From a bacterium (lineage in GTDB: Bacteria > Zhuqueibacterota > Zhuqueibacteria > Residuimicrobiales > Krinioviventaceae): a stretch of DNA of 64,000 bases. The stretch lies in contig CAXXMD010000001.1 of assembly GCA_963675755.2 (NCBI GenBank), positions 1 to 64,000 of the forward strand, written 5' to 3'. Positions within the stretch are counted from its first letter, which is position 1. Each line of letters begins with the position of its first letter. The position numbers and the translations under genes were made by a program. The notes below the pieces were generated by a model that did not search any database, had not been told where the DNA came from, and was given only the letters and a program-made list of their open reading frames with translations. Below, piece after piece: positions 51,476-61,858 of the stretch.

Positions 51476-51847
51476 ATGGGAATTCTGGTACCTATAATTT
51501 TATTTATTGTCATCGGATGGATTATAAAAATTTTATCTGATAATAATGTTAAGCGTTTATTGATCACCCAGGGTAAACTGGATGAAAATGCCAAATATCT
51601 CTATATTGACAAGCTTGAGCGATATGTACCTACTTCATTAAAATGGGGAATGGTTATGATAGCGCTGGGACTGGCAATATTTATAGGCAAGATTGTTGAC
51701 GCTATGAATATAACCGGTTTTGGCCGTAATGATGAAGAGGCGTTGATCTTTTCTCTCATGTTTATCTTTGGCGGTACTGCTTTGATCATTTATTATGTTA
51801 TTGCCAGCAGAATGGCTAAAAAGGCAGAAGAGGAAGATAAAGCATAA
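51476..51847 (+). CDS. DUF6249-like membrane protein
   Basis: AAGGAG RBS; SLKWGMVMIALGLA, FIFGG.AL...Y; divergent from ECF. Confidence 0.72.
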   Translation: MGILVPIILFIVIGWIIKILSDNNVKRLLITQGKLDENAKYLYIDKLERYVPTSLKWGMVMIALGLAIFIGKIVDAMNITGFGRNDEEALIFSLMFIFGGTALIIYYVIASRMAKKAEEEDKA

Positions 51848-51878
51848 TAAAATTTTTCAAATAATCATTTTTATAAAG

Positions 51879-51908
51879 AGATGGGATACTTTGCCCATCT
51901 CTTTTTTT
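51879..51908 (+). terminator. Intrinsic terminator
   Basis: GAGATGGG / CCCATCTC followed by T7. Confidence 0.8.
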
Positions 51909-51989
51909 ATGCCTATCGTGCAGGTTAGTTCTTGATTTATGTGAAAAAAGTTTGTATATATTATGTTTATATAAATTACAGGATTAATT

Positions 51990-52847
51990 ATGAATAAAGT
52001 ATCAGCAATTTTATTGATTTCATGTCCGGACCAAAAGGGAATTGTTGCGGCAGTCTCCCGGTTTTTGTATGAAAATAATGGCAATGTTGTAAGATTAGAC
52101 CAGCATGTGGATTTTGAAGAAAATATTTTTCTTTCCCGTATTGAATGGGAAATGGAAGGATTTGCCATTCCCCGGGAAAATATCAAAAATAGTATTGAAG
52201 AACTGGCTTTGTCTTTTAATATGAAATGGGAATTGAAATTCTCTGATTATAAACCCAAAGTTGCTATTTTTGTATCAAAGTTGAATCACTGCCTGTACGA
52301 TGTATTGTCCCGTTACCAGGCAGGTGAATGGAATATAGATATTCCACTTGTTATCAGTAATCACCCGGATGCTGATCATATTGCGAAAAAGTTTGGTATT
52401 AATTATTTCCGTTTTCCGGTAACCCAGGAAAATAAAGCAGAGCAGGAAAAAAAGCAGATTGAATTACTGCATGCCCATGATATTGATTTTATTATCCTTG
52501 CCCGTTATATGCAAATTCTCTCTCCGGAATTTGTTGATACTTTTCCGAATCAGATCATAAATATACATCATTCTTTTTTACCCGCTTTTCCTGGCGCAAA
52601 GCCCTATCATTCTGCGTACAAACGAGGAGTCAAGATCATTGGTGCCACCAGTCATTATGTAACATCAGAGCTGGATGGCGGGCCGATTATTGAACAAGAT
52701 ACCATACGCGTTACCCATCAGCATACTATATCTGATTTTGTTCGTAAAGGAAGAGATCTTGAAAAGGTTGTACTTGCCAGGGCCATTTGGCTTCATATCC
52801 AAAATAAAGTATTGGTTTACAAAAATAAAACAGTTGTATTTGACTGA
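51990..52847 (+). CDS. purU: Formyltetrahydrofolate deformylase
   Basis: ACT domain CPDQKGIVA; LARYMQIL, INIHHSFLPAF.GA.PY, GATSHYVT..LD.GPIIEQ. Confidence 0.97.
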   Translation: MNKVSAILLISCPDQKGIVAAVSRFLYENNGNVVRLDQHVDFEENIFLSRIEWEMEGFAIPRENIKNSIEELALSFNMKWELKFSDYKPKVAIFVSKLNHCLYDVLSRYQAGEWNIDIPLVISNHPDADHIAKKFGINYFRFPVTQENKAEQEKKQIELLHAHDIDFIILARYMQILSPEFVDTFPNQIINIHHSFLPAFPGAKPYHSAYKRGVKIIGATSHYVTSELDGGPIIEQDTIRVTHQHTISDFVRKGRDLEKVVLARAIWLHIQNKVLVYKNKTVVFD

Positions 52848-52855
52848 GGTTAACC

Positions 52856-53986
52856 ATGAAACATATTGTTGTGTTAGGAGCGGGTCTGGTAGGCAGTGCT
52901 ATTGCCATTGATCTTGCACAAAAAAGTCAGGTTACTGTAGCAGATAAAAATGCAGATCGCCTTGCAGATTTGAATGAAAATGAAAATATTACTACAGTCT
53001 ATACAGATTTGTCATTCCAGAATCAAATACAGCCCCTTATTATGGATGCCGATATTGTAGTAAACGCATTACCGGGATTTATGGGGTATGAAACGCTAAA
53101 GACAATCATTCAAACAGGCAAGGATGTTGTAGATATTTCATTTTTCCCTCAGGATGCTTTAGAACTGGATGAATTGGCCAGGCAACACAATGTTACAGCA
53201 ATTGTAGACTGTGGAGTAGCCCCAGGATTGAGCAATTTGCTTCTAGGACATCATGCCGAATCCATGGAGATAGACAGCTTTGTATGCTATGTGGGAGGTT
53301 TGCCCATTGAAAGAACATGGCCATATGAATACAAGGCGCCTTTTTCTCCGGTTGATGTAATTGAAGAATATATTCGTCCGGCAAGACTGGTTGAAAATGG
53401 CAAACTGGTTGAACGACAGGCTTTGTCAGAACCTGAGCTGATTGATTTTGGCGAGTTGGGAACCCTGGAAGCGTTCAATACTGACGGACTTCGCAGTCTT
53501 GTCAAAACAATGAATGTACCGAACATGAAAGAGAAAACGCTCCGGTATCCCGGGCATATTGAATTAATGCGCGTATTAAGGGAAACCGGCTTTTTTAGCC
53601 AGAATCCTGTGCAAATTGGTGAAGCTGAAATCAGTCCTCTTGATTTAACCACAAAATTACTATTACCCAAATGGGAATTGAAGCGTGGTGAAAAAGAATT
53701 TACAATTATGAAAATTATCATCAAGGGCAAAGAACAGGGTGAATCCAAAAATATTGAATACCTGTTGTATGATGAATATGATGTTGAAACCGCGACACAT
53801 TCTATGGCAAGAACTACCGGCTATACCTGTACCGCTGCCGTTTCTTTATTGATTGAGGGCAGATATAGTGAAAAAGGGGTATTACCTCCAGAGTTGTTGG
53901 CAAAAGATTCCGGAGCTGTATCACATATATTAAATTATTTAAACGAACGAAAAATTGAACTGCAAAGAAAAGAAGTAGAAAACTGA
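52856..53986 (+). CDS. Saccharopine dehydrogenase / lysine 6-dehydrogenase family protein
   Basis: LGAGLVG, DCGVAPGLSN, YVGGLP, LEAFNTDGL, KTLRYPGH, MARTTGY. Confidence 0.9.
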   Translation: MKHIVVLGAGLVGSAIAIDLAQKSQVTVADKNADRLADLNENENITTVYTDLSFQNQIQPLIMDADIVVNALPGFMGYETLKTIIQTGKDVVDISFFPQDALELDELARQHNVTAIVDCGVAPGLSNLLLGHHAESMEIDSFVCYVGGLPIERTWPYEYKAPFSPVDVIEEYIRPARLVENGKLVERQALSEPELIDFGELGTLEAFNTDGLRSLVKTMNVPNMKEKTLRYPGHIELMRVLRETGFFSQNPVQIGEAEISPLDLTTKLLLPKWELKRGEKEFTIMKIIIKGKEQGESKNIEYLLYDEYDVETATHSMARTTGYTCTAAVSLLIEGRYSEKGVLPPELLAKDSGAVSHILNYLNERKIELQRKEVEN

Positions 53987-53990
53987 AATT

Positions 53991-54626
53991 ATGGCAAAGA
54001 ATAAATTGTTCCGATATGCAGAACTACCCACACTTGACAATGTAATTAATAAACCTGAAGTATATAAAGATCATTGGGCATCCGGGTACTTTGGAAATTC
54101 CAAACCCATTGTGGTTGAATTGGGAAGTGGTAAAGCAGAATATACTCTGGGGTTGGCAGAAAGATATCCTGATAAAAATTTTATTGCTATAGATGTTAAA
54201 GGTGCCCGGTTATGGGTGGGCGCCAAAAGTGCAATAGAACACGGACTGGATAATACAGCATTTGTTAGAATGTATATAGAAATGTTGACCGATGTTTTTG
54301 GTGAAAAAGAGTTAGATGAAATCTGGATACCGTTTGCTGATCCTTTTACTAAAAAACCAAATCGTCGTTTGGTTTCTCCCATGTTCCTTGAACGATATCG
54401 ACCCTTGTTGAAAGACGATGCCAAAATTCATTTCAAAACGGATGATACAGATTATTATGAATATGCATTAACCGTGCTTGAAGAGAAAAAATGTACAATA
54501 CATCACAATAATTCTGATATTTATACGGTACAGGAACCCGATGAGTCGGTATATATACAGACAACATACGAGTTAAAACATCTTGCACTTGGTAAAACTA
54601 TAAAGTATATTTGCTTTAGTCTTTAA
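53991..54626 (+). CDS. trmB: tRNA (guanine-N7)-methyltransferase
   Basis: ELGSGKA, IDVKGARLW, EIWI.FADP (variant of FPDP), HFKTD, TTYE. Confidence 0.92.
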   Translation: MAKNKLFRYAELPTLDNVINKPEVYKDHWASGYFGNSKPIVVELGSGKAEYTLGLAERYPDKNFIAIDVKGARLWVGAKSAIEHGLDNTAFVRMYIEMLTDVFGEKELDEIWIPFADPFTKKPNRRLVSPMFLERYRPLLKDDAKIHFKTDDTDYYEYALTVLEEKKCTIHHNNSDIYTVQEPDESVYIQTTYELKHLALGKTIKYICFSL

Positions 54627-54671
54627 AATACGCCATTACATAATATTTGGGCAATTTGGGATACACCAAAA

Positions 54672-55397
54672 ATGGATCAGGAATCCAAATCTACAATACC
54701 AGAAAATACTATAGAAACACTCGCCAAAAGTTTTTATAAAGAATCTTCAGGGTATGGTTTCAAGCAGGTTGATTATTTAAAATTTGTAAATAATTTGCTT
54801 GATATTGCGATGAAGAACCAAAAGAATGGACAAATTGTAACTGAACCTGTAAAAGCCTGGTTGCAGGCAAATGGAACCGAGCCTGAACGATTTCCCCTCT
54901 GTGGTACACGGTTGTTCATTCGAAAAGCGGCACCGTTGGATGACAAACCGGTGCTGGAAAAATGGTTGAGTGACAGATTTGGTAGATTTTTTCTATTGTC
55001 ACGGGTTACTGCGCAATTTATGAGTCTTGATGAGATGTTGTATGATGAAAAGAATCATATCGGCATTATTACACTTTTGGATGGGACCTCAATAGGGGCG
55101 CTGGCATTTTTGAATTATGATGGAAATCAAAAAAAAGCAGAATTGCGTAAAATGATAGGTGAACCCGAGTTCAGGGGCAAGGGGTATGCTAAAGAAGCAT
55201 CAAAACTCTGGTTACATTATGGATTAACTACTCTGGATTTACGCAAAGTGTATTTGAATACACTTGACACAAATATTAGAAATATTCGATTAAATGAAGA
55301 ACTGGGTTTTAAAGTTGAAGGCATTCTTACAAATGAAATCATGATTGATGATGTTTATCATGATGTTTTGAGGATGGGGCTTCGCTTCAAAGTGTGA
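54672..55397 (+). CDS. GNAT (RimJ/RimL-type) acetyltransferase with helical N-terminal extension
   Basis: IGEPEFRGKGYA, N.RNIRLNEELGFKVEG.L. Confidence 0.85.
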   Translation: MDQESKSTIPENTIETLAKSFYKESSGYGFKQVDYLKFVNNLLDIAMKNQKNGQIVTEPVKAWLQANGTEPERFPLCGTRLFIRKAAPLDDKPVLEKWLSDRFGRFFLLSRVTAQFMSLDEMLYDEKNHIGIITLLDGTSIGALAFLNYDGNQKKAELRKMIGEPEFRGKGYAKEASKLWLHYGLTTLDLRKVYLNTLDTNIRNIRLNEELGFKVEGILTNEIMIDDVYHDVLRMGLRFKV

Positions 55398-55512
55398 AAT
55401 ACTCTTGACGAATAAAGTTTACAATTAAAAATAGTAAAATTTCAACTTGCTTATCTTGATTTATTATTTTATTATAAATAAAGCATTTTAGTATAATTAT
55501 GGAATTCCCAAA

Positions 55513-55833
55513 ATGATAAAACGATTGCTGATTTGCTACAACTGTGGTGCTGAAATTGAATTTGAAAGAAAAATATTTAGACAAGCAACTTGTCCGGAAT
55601 GTGATTGTTATCTTCATTGTTGTTTAAATTGTGACAATCACGATCCCATGGCACCACATGAATGCCGGGAATCTCAAGCCCAGTGGGCAAGAGATAAAGA
55701 AGCTGCAAACTTTTGTGATTATTTTGAACCTGTTGAAGGAGCCAATCATAAAGTCAGCAGTGCAATGAAACGCCAACAAGATGCCAAAAGTAAACTGGAA
55801 GATTTATTTAAAAAAACAGATACTGAAGAATAG
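55513..55833 (+). CDS. Cys-rich zinc-ribbon hypothetical protein
   Basis: CYNC, CPEC, CCLNC, CRE, ANFCDYF, C-terminal LEDLFKK. Confidence 0.75.
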   Translation: MIKRLLICYNCGAEIEFERKIFRQATCPECDCYLHCCLNCDNHDPMAPHECRESQAQWARDKEAANFCDYFEPVEGANHKVSSAMKRQQDAKSKLEDLFKKTDTEE

Positions 55834-55968
55834 TGACAACAGAATTGCCATTTTTGACATATTTGGCATAATTATAGCTTTGTAATTCTTAGTTAATAGT
55901 GCGATTTTTTTCTAAATACAGAAAGATAACAGGTGATGAAATCACATGTGCAGTAATTGGGGAATTGT

Positions 55969-57897
55969 ATGAATGAAAAAGCAAACATAATGGTTGTTGA
56001 AGACGAATTCATTGTGTCTATGGAGATACAAGATCGTTTAAAAGGTTTGGGCTATAGCATAGCTACGGCTGTTGCTTCTGGTGAAGAAGCAATTGAGATG
56101 GCTGAAAAAATTAAACCTGATCTTGTACTTATGGATATTATGTTAAAGGGTCAGATGGATGGAGTGGAAGCTGCGGAGATTATTCGTAACCAGTATGAAT
56201 TACCTGTTATTTATTTAACTGCTCACTCTGATGAAGCAACGTTAACGCGTGCCAAGATTTCCCAACCGTTTGGTTATCTGATAAAACCGTTTGATGAACG
56301 GGGTTTGCATACAACAATTGAAATGGCGTTGTATCGCCATGAAATGGAGAAAAAACTTAAACAAAGCGAACAATGGCTTTCTACTGTATTAACAGGAATT
56401 GGAGATGCAGTAATAGCCACAGATGCCAGTTTATTGGTCAAATTTATTAATCCTGTTGCTGCGACTATCATTGATATTGACGAGAATGATGCGTTAGGCA
56501 AAAACATTAATTCAATCTTTAATCTCCAGTCCGATGATCTGGGTGAATTGAATAAACGCATTATTTCTGTGCTTGACACTGGCAAAGTAGAAACTTTTCC
56601 TTCAGATATTTATATTTATAATAATAATGGGGACCAGGTTCCGGTGGATTGCAGTGTTTCACCAATCCGGGATGATAAGGGCAATATTAATGGTATTGTG
56701 CTCGTATTCAGAGACATAACCGAAAAGATAAAACTTGAAAAGCAACTCACCCAGGCACAAAAAATGGAAAGCATTGGTATGATGGCGGGTGGCGTTGCGC
56801 ATGATTTTAATAATATTTTGGCTGCAATTTTGGGTTACGCCTCATTTATCAAAGTAAAGATACCTACAGATGATCCGAATTTTAAATATGTTGAAACTAT
56901 CGAGCGCAGTGCCCAGCGTGGAGCTGAACTGACTGCTCAATTGTTAACATTTACACGCGGTGGAAAGCAGGACATTAAACCGGTTAATGTTAATAGTATT
57001 GTTAGAGAAACTGTCAAGATTATTTCAAGCACCTTTGATAAAGCGATATCAATAGAAACCCGTTTATTTGATGGATTACCATTCGTTCAGGCAGATGAAG
57101 TCCAGATGCAGCAATTGTTGATGAATCTGTGTGTAAATGCACGAGATGCTATGCCGCAGGGCGGAACGCTATCCATTGAGACGGATATGATCATGATCCA
57201 TGAGCGTGATACTACTTTTTATATGGGCGCCAAGGCTGGTAATTATGTTTCATTGTCTATTACTGATACGGGTATTGGAATGGACAAGGACACACTGGAT
57301 AAAATATTTGATCCGTTCTTTACTACCAAAGAAAAAGGCAAGGGTACGGGTTTAGGACTATCTATGGTTTATGGTGTGGTCAAGAACCATGGCGGTTTTG
57401 AAAAAGTTACCAGTGAACCGGGTAAAGGTACAACCTTTAAAATTTATTTCCCGGCCGGTGACCATATTGAGCAACAAGCAGAAAAACTCAAAAAAGCACC
57501 ACAACATGGTGATGAGGTTATTCTTGTTGTTGATGATGAAGAACCTATACGCCTGTTTGTTAAAGATGTTTTGGAATCTTATGGATACACTGTAAAATTG
57601 GCTGAAAATGGAAATCAAGCCATAGATATTTTTGAAAAAGAGCATAAAGATATCGATCTGGTAATTCTGGATATGATTATGCCCAAAATGGGTGGGTTAC
57701 AAACCTATCTGAAATTGAAAATGATTAATCCCAAGGTAAGAGCATTCTTATCTTCAGGATATAGTCCGGATGGTCAGGCGGGTGAGATTCTTCGCCGGGG
57801 TGTAAACGGATTTTTACAAAAACCTTATGAGATGAATGATCTGCTTATAAAAGTACGTGAAATCCTGGATATGGAACCCGAACATTTAGAAACCTGA
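55969..57897 (+). CDS. Cytoplasmic hybrid histidine kinase (REC-PAS-HisKA-HATPase_c-REC), CckA-like
   Basis: VEDE...MDI...KPF; [11 protein letters not shown]; [12 protein letters not shown]; [14 protein letters not shown]; C-terminal REC. Confidence 0.93.
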   Translation: MNEKANIMVVEDEFIVSMEIQDRLKGLGYSIATAVASGEEAIEMAEKIKPDLVLMDIMLKGQMDGVEAAEIIRNQYELPVIYLTAHSDEATLTRAKISQPFGYLIKPFDERGLHTTIEMALYRHEMEKKLKQSEQWLSTVLTGIGDAVIATDASLLVKFINPVAATIIDIDENDALGKNINSIFNLQSDDLGELNKRIISVLDTGKVETFPSDIYIYNNNGDQVPVDCSVSPIRDDKGNINGIVLVFRDITEKIKLEKQLTQAQKMESIGMMAGGVAHDFNNILAAILGYASFIKVKIPTDDPNFKYVETIERSAQRGAELTAQLLTFTRGGKQDIKPVNVNSIVRETVKIISSTFDKAISIETRLFDGLPFVQADEVQMQQLLMNLCVNARDAMPQGGTLSIETDMIMIHERDTTFYMGAKAGNYVSLSITDTGIGMDKDTLDKIFDPFFTTKEKGKGTGLGLSMVYGVVKNHGGFEKVTSEPGKGTTFKIYFPAGDHIEQQAEKLKKAPQHGDEVILVVDDEEPIRLFVKDVLESYGYTVKLAENGNQAIDIFEKEHKDIDLVILDMIMPKMGGLQTYLKLKMINPKVRAFLSSGYSPDGQAGEILRRGVNGFLQKPYEMNDLLIKVREILDMEPEHLET

Positions 57898-58016
57898 TAC
57901 ATTTTTTAAAAACCTTCCAAGCAACTTGCGTATTCTCTTGTTTGTTATGTTGATCCGCTTTGCTTTATTGTGATTTCTTTGTTATAATCCTAATTCATTA
58001 ATAGAAGGGATTATTT

Positions 58017-59705
58017 ATGTACAGAGAAAAATCAACAGGAATGGTGGCTTTGGTTCTATTTTTAATATTTTCCATTCAATTATTTTCAAAACCCCCGAAC
58101 AATTCTGAAAACAAGATCTGGCAAACCCAGGATATTGATGTAATCCGTTCATTATACAGAGGGAATGATGGGCAGCCATCCCGTAATGTATTTTTGTCTC
58201 AAAATGGTTTGAGTCCAACTCATATACAATATGAAGCGATACCTTGTTTTAGATCAAGTTTCAAAGTTGATGATGTTGAAATAAAAAACAATACTCTTTT
58301 AGTGAAACCCGGCGCAAAACCCGTTCAAACAGATTTTTATATAACATATAAAAAGACATTTTTTACTTCCAATATCGCTATTCCCGTTTGGGATGTGAGG
58401 ATCTATGAACAAGATCGCAAAGTGATTGTTGGAGGGTATTCCTCCAAGTATAATGAGCGACCTGTTGCTGTTATAAATCGTTTTGGTGATTTTGAACAGA
58501 CCCTATCCAATGATTTGGCTGCTGAATTTCCTGTTTTATCAATTCCTTTAGAAAATCTATTATTTGATCCGTTCGAATGGCGTTTATATCATGTTCAACC
58601 CGGTTTAGGAAAAGAGATTACAGAGCAATATAAAGATTTTTTACCTATATCGGTTGCAAATAAAAATCATCAAATTTTGGATGATGCTCATTTTACTATC
58701 AGAGTTGAACAGGATAATTCTATCCATTGTTATCTGTTGAACGGAACAACTGGTACCAAAATAGCCAGTTGTACATTTGATTCACCCTTGTTGCAAAAAA
58801 TTGAAGGATATCAACCAAAGCTGATAAAAGGTTGTGTGCAGCCGGAAGACGGCAAAGTCATAACATTGGTTTTTAAAGGCGTATTGGAAGAAAATATAGA
58901 GCATTTTGAAAATATGTTAATTATAGATTCTCAGAATCAAACAACTCGAAATGAAGTAAAGCCGGAAATTGTGATCGATGGATATTTTGATGAGTGGCGG
59001 AATGTGAGAGGAGTTGATGATCCTGAAGGAGATTATGTCTCTTATTTATATCCTAATCCTGATACGGATATTTTAGAGTTCAAAGTATCGCACGATGATC
59101 AATATTTGTATTTTTATTCAAGGATTGCCGGAGCGCATGGCAGGACAGGTCCAACAGGGCGTTATTACTGGTACACCTATATTGATGTTGATGCTGATCC
59201 CAATACCGGGTATCCGCCAACTCGTGATGATAATTGTTATTTCGGTATAGCTATTGGTGACGACAGTGAAGCCCAGTTTGAATTTGTAGGCAATTCCTTT
59301 ATTAAAACCTTTTTTGGCTTTACCGGTGTAGGTACTGAAAAAGAAGCTCTGGAAGGAAAGTTGAATTTGGGCCCTTCATATTATTCCGCAACTGCTCCGA
59401 ATGGAGATAAACGTGATCGTTACAAAGTGGAATATGTGAATCGAGAAGGTTCCCGGTTTATCACACATGATAATACACCTGGCACCAGTGAAGATATTGT
59501 CATGGCACTATCTGCAGATGGTTCAGAAATGGAAATGCGTGTGGAAATGAAAGGATTTCTTACCAATGTTTTGGGAGAATATCTGGTTAAAAAAGGAAAT
59601 ACAATCAATATTGCAGTAGGTGCTGAAGGTGCAAGCGGTCATTACAATAGTGGTAAATGGGGTGCGGATTCAAGTCCTGTGATATATAATTATACAATTG
59701 ACTAG
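58017..59705 (+). CDS. Exported hypothetical protein with C-terminal DOMON/CBM9-like domain
   Basis: Signal peptide; IVIDG.FDEW....DP.GD....DI....V..D..YLYF. Confidence 0.6.
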   Translation: MYREKSTGMVALVLFLIFSIQLFSKPPNNSENKIWQTQDIDVIRSLYRGNDGQPSRNVFLSQNGLSPTHIQYEAIPCFRSSFKVDDVEIKNNTLLVKPGAKPVQTDFYITYKKTFFTSNIAIPVWDVRIYEQDRKVIVGGYSSKYNERPVAVINRFGDFEQTLSNDLAAEFPVLSIPLENLLFDPFEWRLYHVQPGLGKEITEQYKDFLPISVANKNHQILDDAHFTIRVEQDNSIHCYLLNGTTGTKIASCTFDSPLLQKIEGYQPKLIKGCVQPEDGKVITLVFKGVLEENIEHFENMLIIDSQNQTTRNEVKPEIVIDGYFDEWRNVRGVDDPEGDYVSYLYPNPDTDILEFKVSHDDQYLYFYSRIAGAHGRTGPTGRYYWYTYIDVDADPNTGYPPTRDDNCYFGIAIGDDSEAQFEFVGNSFIKTFFGFTGVGTEKEALEGKLNLGPSYYSATAPNGDKRDRYKVEYVNREGSRFITHDNTPGTSEDIVMALSADGSEMEMRVEMKGFLTNVLGEYLVKKGNTINIAVGAEGASGHYNSGKWGADSSPVIYNYTID

Positions 59706-60673
59706 TCAGATATAACTTTATATTCAGCTGCCAGATTAAATGTTTTGGCAGCTTTTTCTTTTTTAGCAAATATGGAAAGATTATATACTCCTTTATGGGG
59801 TAATGCCAGGTAAATAATTAATGTGTTGTTATTGTACTCTATGCTAATATTTTGTTCGGAAATGTCATCGTCTTCAAAGCTTAGACGGACCTTGCACTGT
59901 ACATCATCCGGTATATAGAATTTCATTGTATCCTGTTTATCTGCATGAAATGTGCATTCTTTATGGGTTAATGCCTGCATTCCCAGCTCGAAAAACGTCC
60001 ACTTTACATATATGCTTTTTTCAAATTCATCCAACGTAACTTTTCGAGATAGCAGCTGCCATTGCTGATCTTTTGGGAAATGCGAGTAGATCAATTCTTC
60101 TGGAAGTGTGAGGAAATAATAGTCATTAAATTTGTGTATATATTTTCCATTGTTCATGTATCCCGCGCCCCAGGTGGGATCAATCAGGTGCCAGGTACTG
60201 TCAATTTGTACGGCAATCCATGCGTGATTGGTTGTTTTTCCCTCAAACGATGCCCCCGAAGAGTAATTCACACCTTTGGCCCATCCATTAATCTCGACAA
60301 CCTTTAATCCGATAATATCGGCAAGGCTTTTATACAAACCGGCATATCCACCACAAACTGCTTTGCGGGTCCGCAAAACATCATTTGCAGATACATTGCT
60401 ATGAAAAGATGATACTGTTGGATTCACATTATAATAAATATTTTCTGCCATCCACCGGTATAGCGCCCTGGCTTTATCGGAATCGGATTTTGCTGTCTTG
60501 CCTAAATACATGGCCAAAGATTGTATGCTGGTTTCAACAGAATCCGGTGTATTGAGTGCGATTGTATCCATTCGATTTAATGAATCGGAAAGGGGTTGAC
60601 TGTTATTGCGTATGTATGGCGAACACGCAACAAACATGAACAGGAATGTGATGGAAATGGATTTTTTTATCAT
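59702..60673 (-). CDS. Transglutaminase-like (KY peptidase/Cyk3-type) lipoprotein
   Basis: Lipobox FVAC; AVCGGYA, HAW.AV, LIDPTWGAG, YF...P..LI..H.P. Confidence 0.88.
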   Translation of the reverse strand: MIKKSISITFLFMFVACSPYIRNNSQPLSDSLNRMDTIALNTPDSVETSIQSLAMYLGKTAKSDSDKARALYRWMAENIYYNVNPTVSSFHSNVSANDVLRTRKAVCGGYAGLYKSLADIIGLKVVEINGWAKGVNYSSGASFEGKTTNHAWIAVQIDSTWHLIDPTWGAGYMNNGKYIHKFNDYYFLTLPEELIYSHFPKDQQWQLLSRKVTLDEFEKSIYVKWTFFELGMQALTHKECTFHADKQDTMKFYIPDDVQCKVRLSFEDDDISEQNISIEYNNNTLIIYLALPHKGVYNLSIFAKKEKAAKTFNLAAEYKVISD

Positions 60674-60762
60674 AGAATTCTGTTTGTTTATTCACTTGAA
60701 TTTATTGAAAAAAAAAGACATATTCAATTTGCAATGAATATAACCATGAAATGGAGAGATTT

Positions 60763-61803
60763 ATGTCTGGACGTATGCAAAAAATAAACTTAATGCTTGT
60801 TTTGATTTTTACAGCATCCTGTTTTGCAGGGAATGGAGAGAAAATTGTTATTGCGCATCGGGGTGCCAGCGGATATCTGCCGGAACATACACTAGCTGCC
60901 AAAGCTATGGCTTATGCGATGAAAGCGGATTATCTTGAGCAGGACCTGGTTATGACCAAAGATGATCAACTGGTTGTGATGCATGACATTAATCTTGACC
61001 GTGTTACCAATGTGGATTCAGTATTTCCTGAAAGAAAACGCAAGGATGGAAAATATTATGTAATTGACTTTACCCTGACAGAGTTGCAAGCTCTTTTAAT
61101 GACTGAAGGCTTTGATGTTAAAGATGGGGTAAAAGAACAGAGCTATAAAGGGCGTTTCCCCATGATGACGTCAAATTTTAAAATACATACCTTTCAGGAA
61201 GAGATAGAATTGATTCAGGGATTGAATAAAAGTACGGGAATGAACGTGGGAATCTATCCGGAAATCAAGCAGCCGGCATTGCATCTGGATGAGGGCAAAG
61301 ATATCAGCAAGCAAGTGCTTCAAGTTTTAAAACAGTATGGATATGTAAAGAAAACTGATCTGGTATATTTACAGTGCTTTGATCCCCGAGAGGTTAAACG
61401 CATCCATGACGAGTTGCTGCCCGAGTTTGGAATGGATGTTTCATTGATTATGCTCATTGGAAATGCAGACCGGGACGAAAACGGTAAAGTTGAAAATGAA
61501 TTGATTGCCTGGATGTATGAAAAAGGGGGAATGGACAAAATTGCAACTATTGCGGATGGTATTGGTCCTGATTATAATTTGATTGTAGAATATGATAAAA
61601 CAACAAACAAGATAGAATTGACCGATTGGGTTGAGCGGGCACATAAAGCAGGATTAAAGGTGCATCCTTATACGATCCGTTCTGATAGACTGCCGGAATA
61701 TGTGAATGGTCTGGAGCCATTTGTCAGGCTGTTATATGAAAAAGCGGATGTAGACGGTGCGTTTACGGATTTTCCGGACAGGGTAGTTGAGATTGTTCAA
61801 TAA
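60763..61803 (+). CDS. glpQ: Glycerophosphodiester phosphodiesterase
   Basis: IAHRGASGYLPEHT, EQDLV.TKD, IYPEIK, HPYT.R.D, FTDFPD. Confidence 0.95.
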   Translation: MSGRMQKINLMLVLIFTASCFAGNGEKIVIAHRGASGYLPEHTLAAKAMAYAMKADYLEQDLVMTKDDQLVVMHDINLDRVTNVDSVFPERKRKDGKYYVIDFTLTELQALLMTEGFDVKDGVKEQSYKGRFPMMTSNFKIHTFQEEIELIQGLNKSTGMNVGIYPEIKQPALHLDEGKDISKQVLQVLKQYGYVKKTDLVYLQCFDPREVKRIHDELLPEFGMDVSLIMLIGNADRDENGKVENELIAWMYEKGGMDKIATIADGIGPDYNLIVEYDKTTNKIELTDWVERAHKAGLKVHPYTIRSDRLPEYVNGLEPFVRLLYEKADVDGAFTDFPDRVVEIVQ

Positions 61804-61858
61804 GTTAAGGAGTAATTTTACCCAAATTAAAAAAAATAAATATAAAAGGGGAGTGAAA

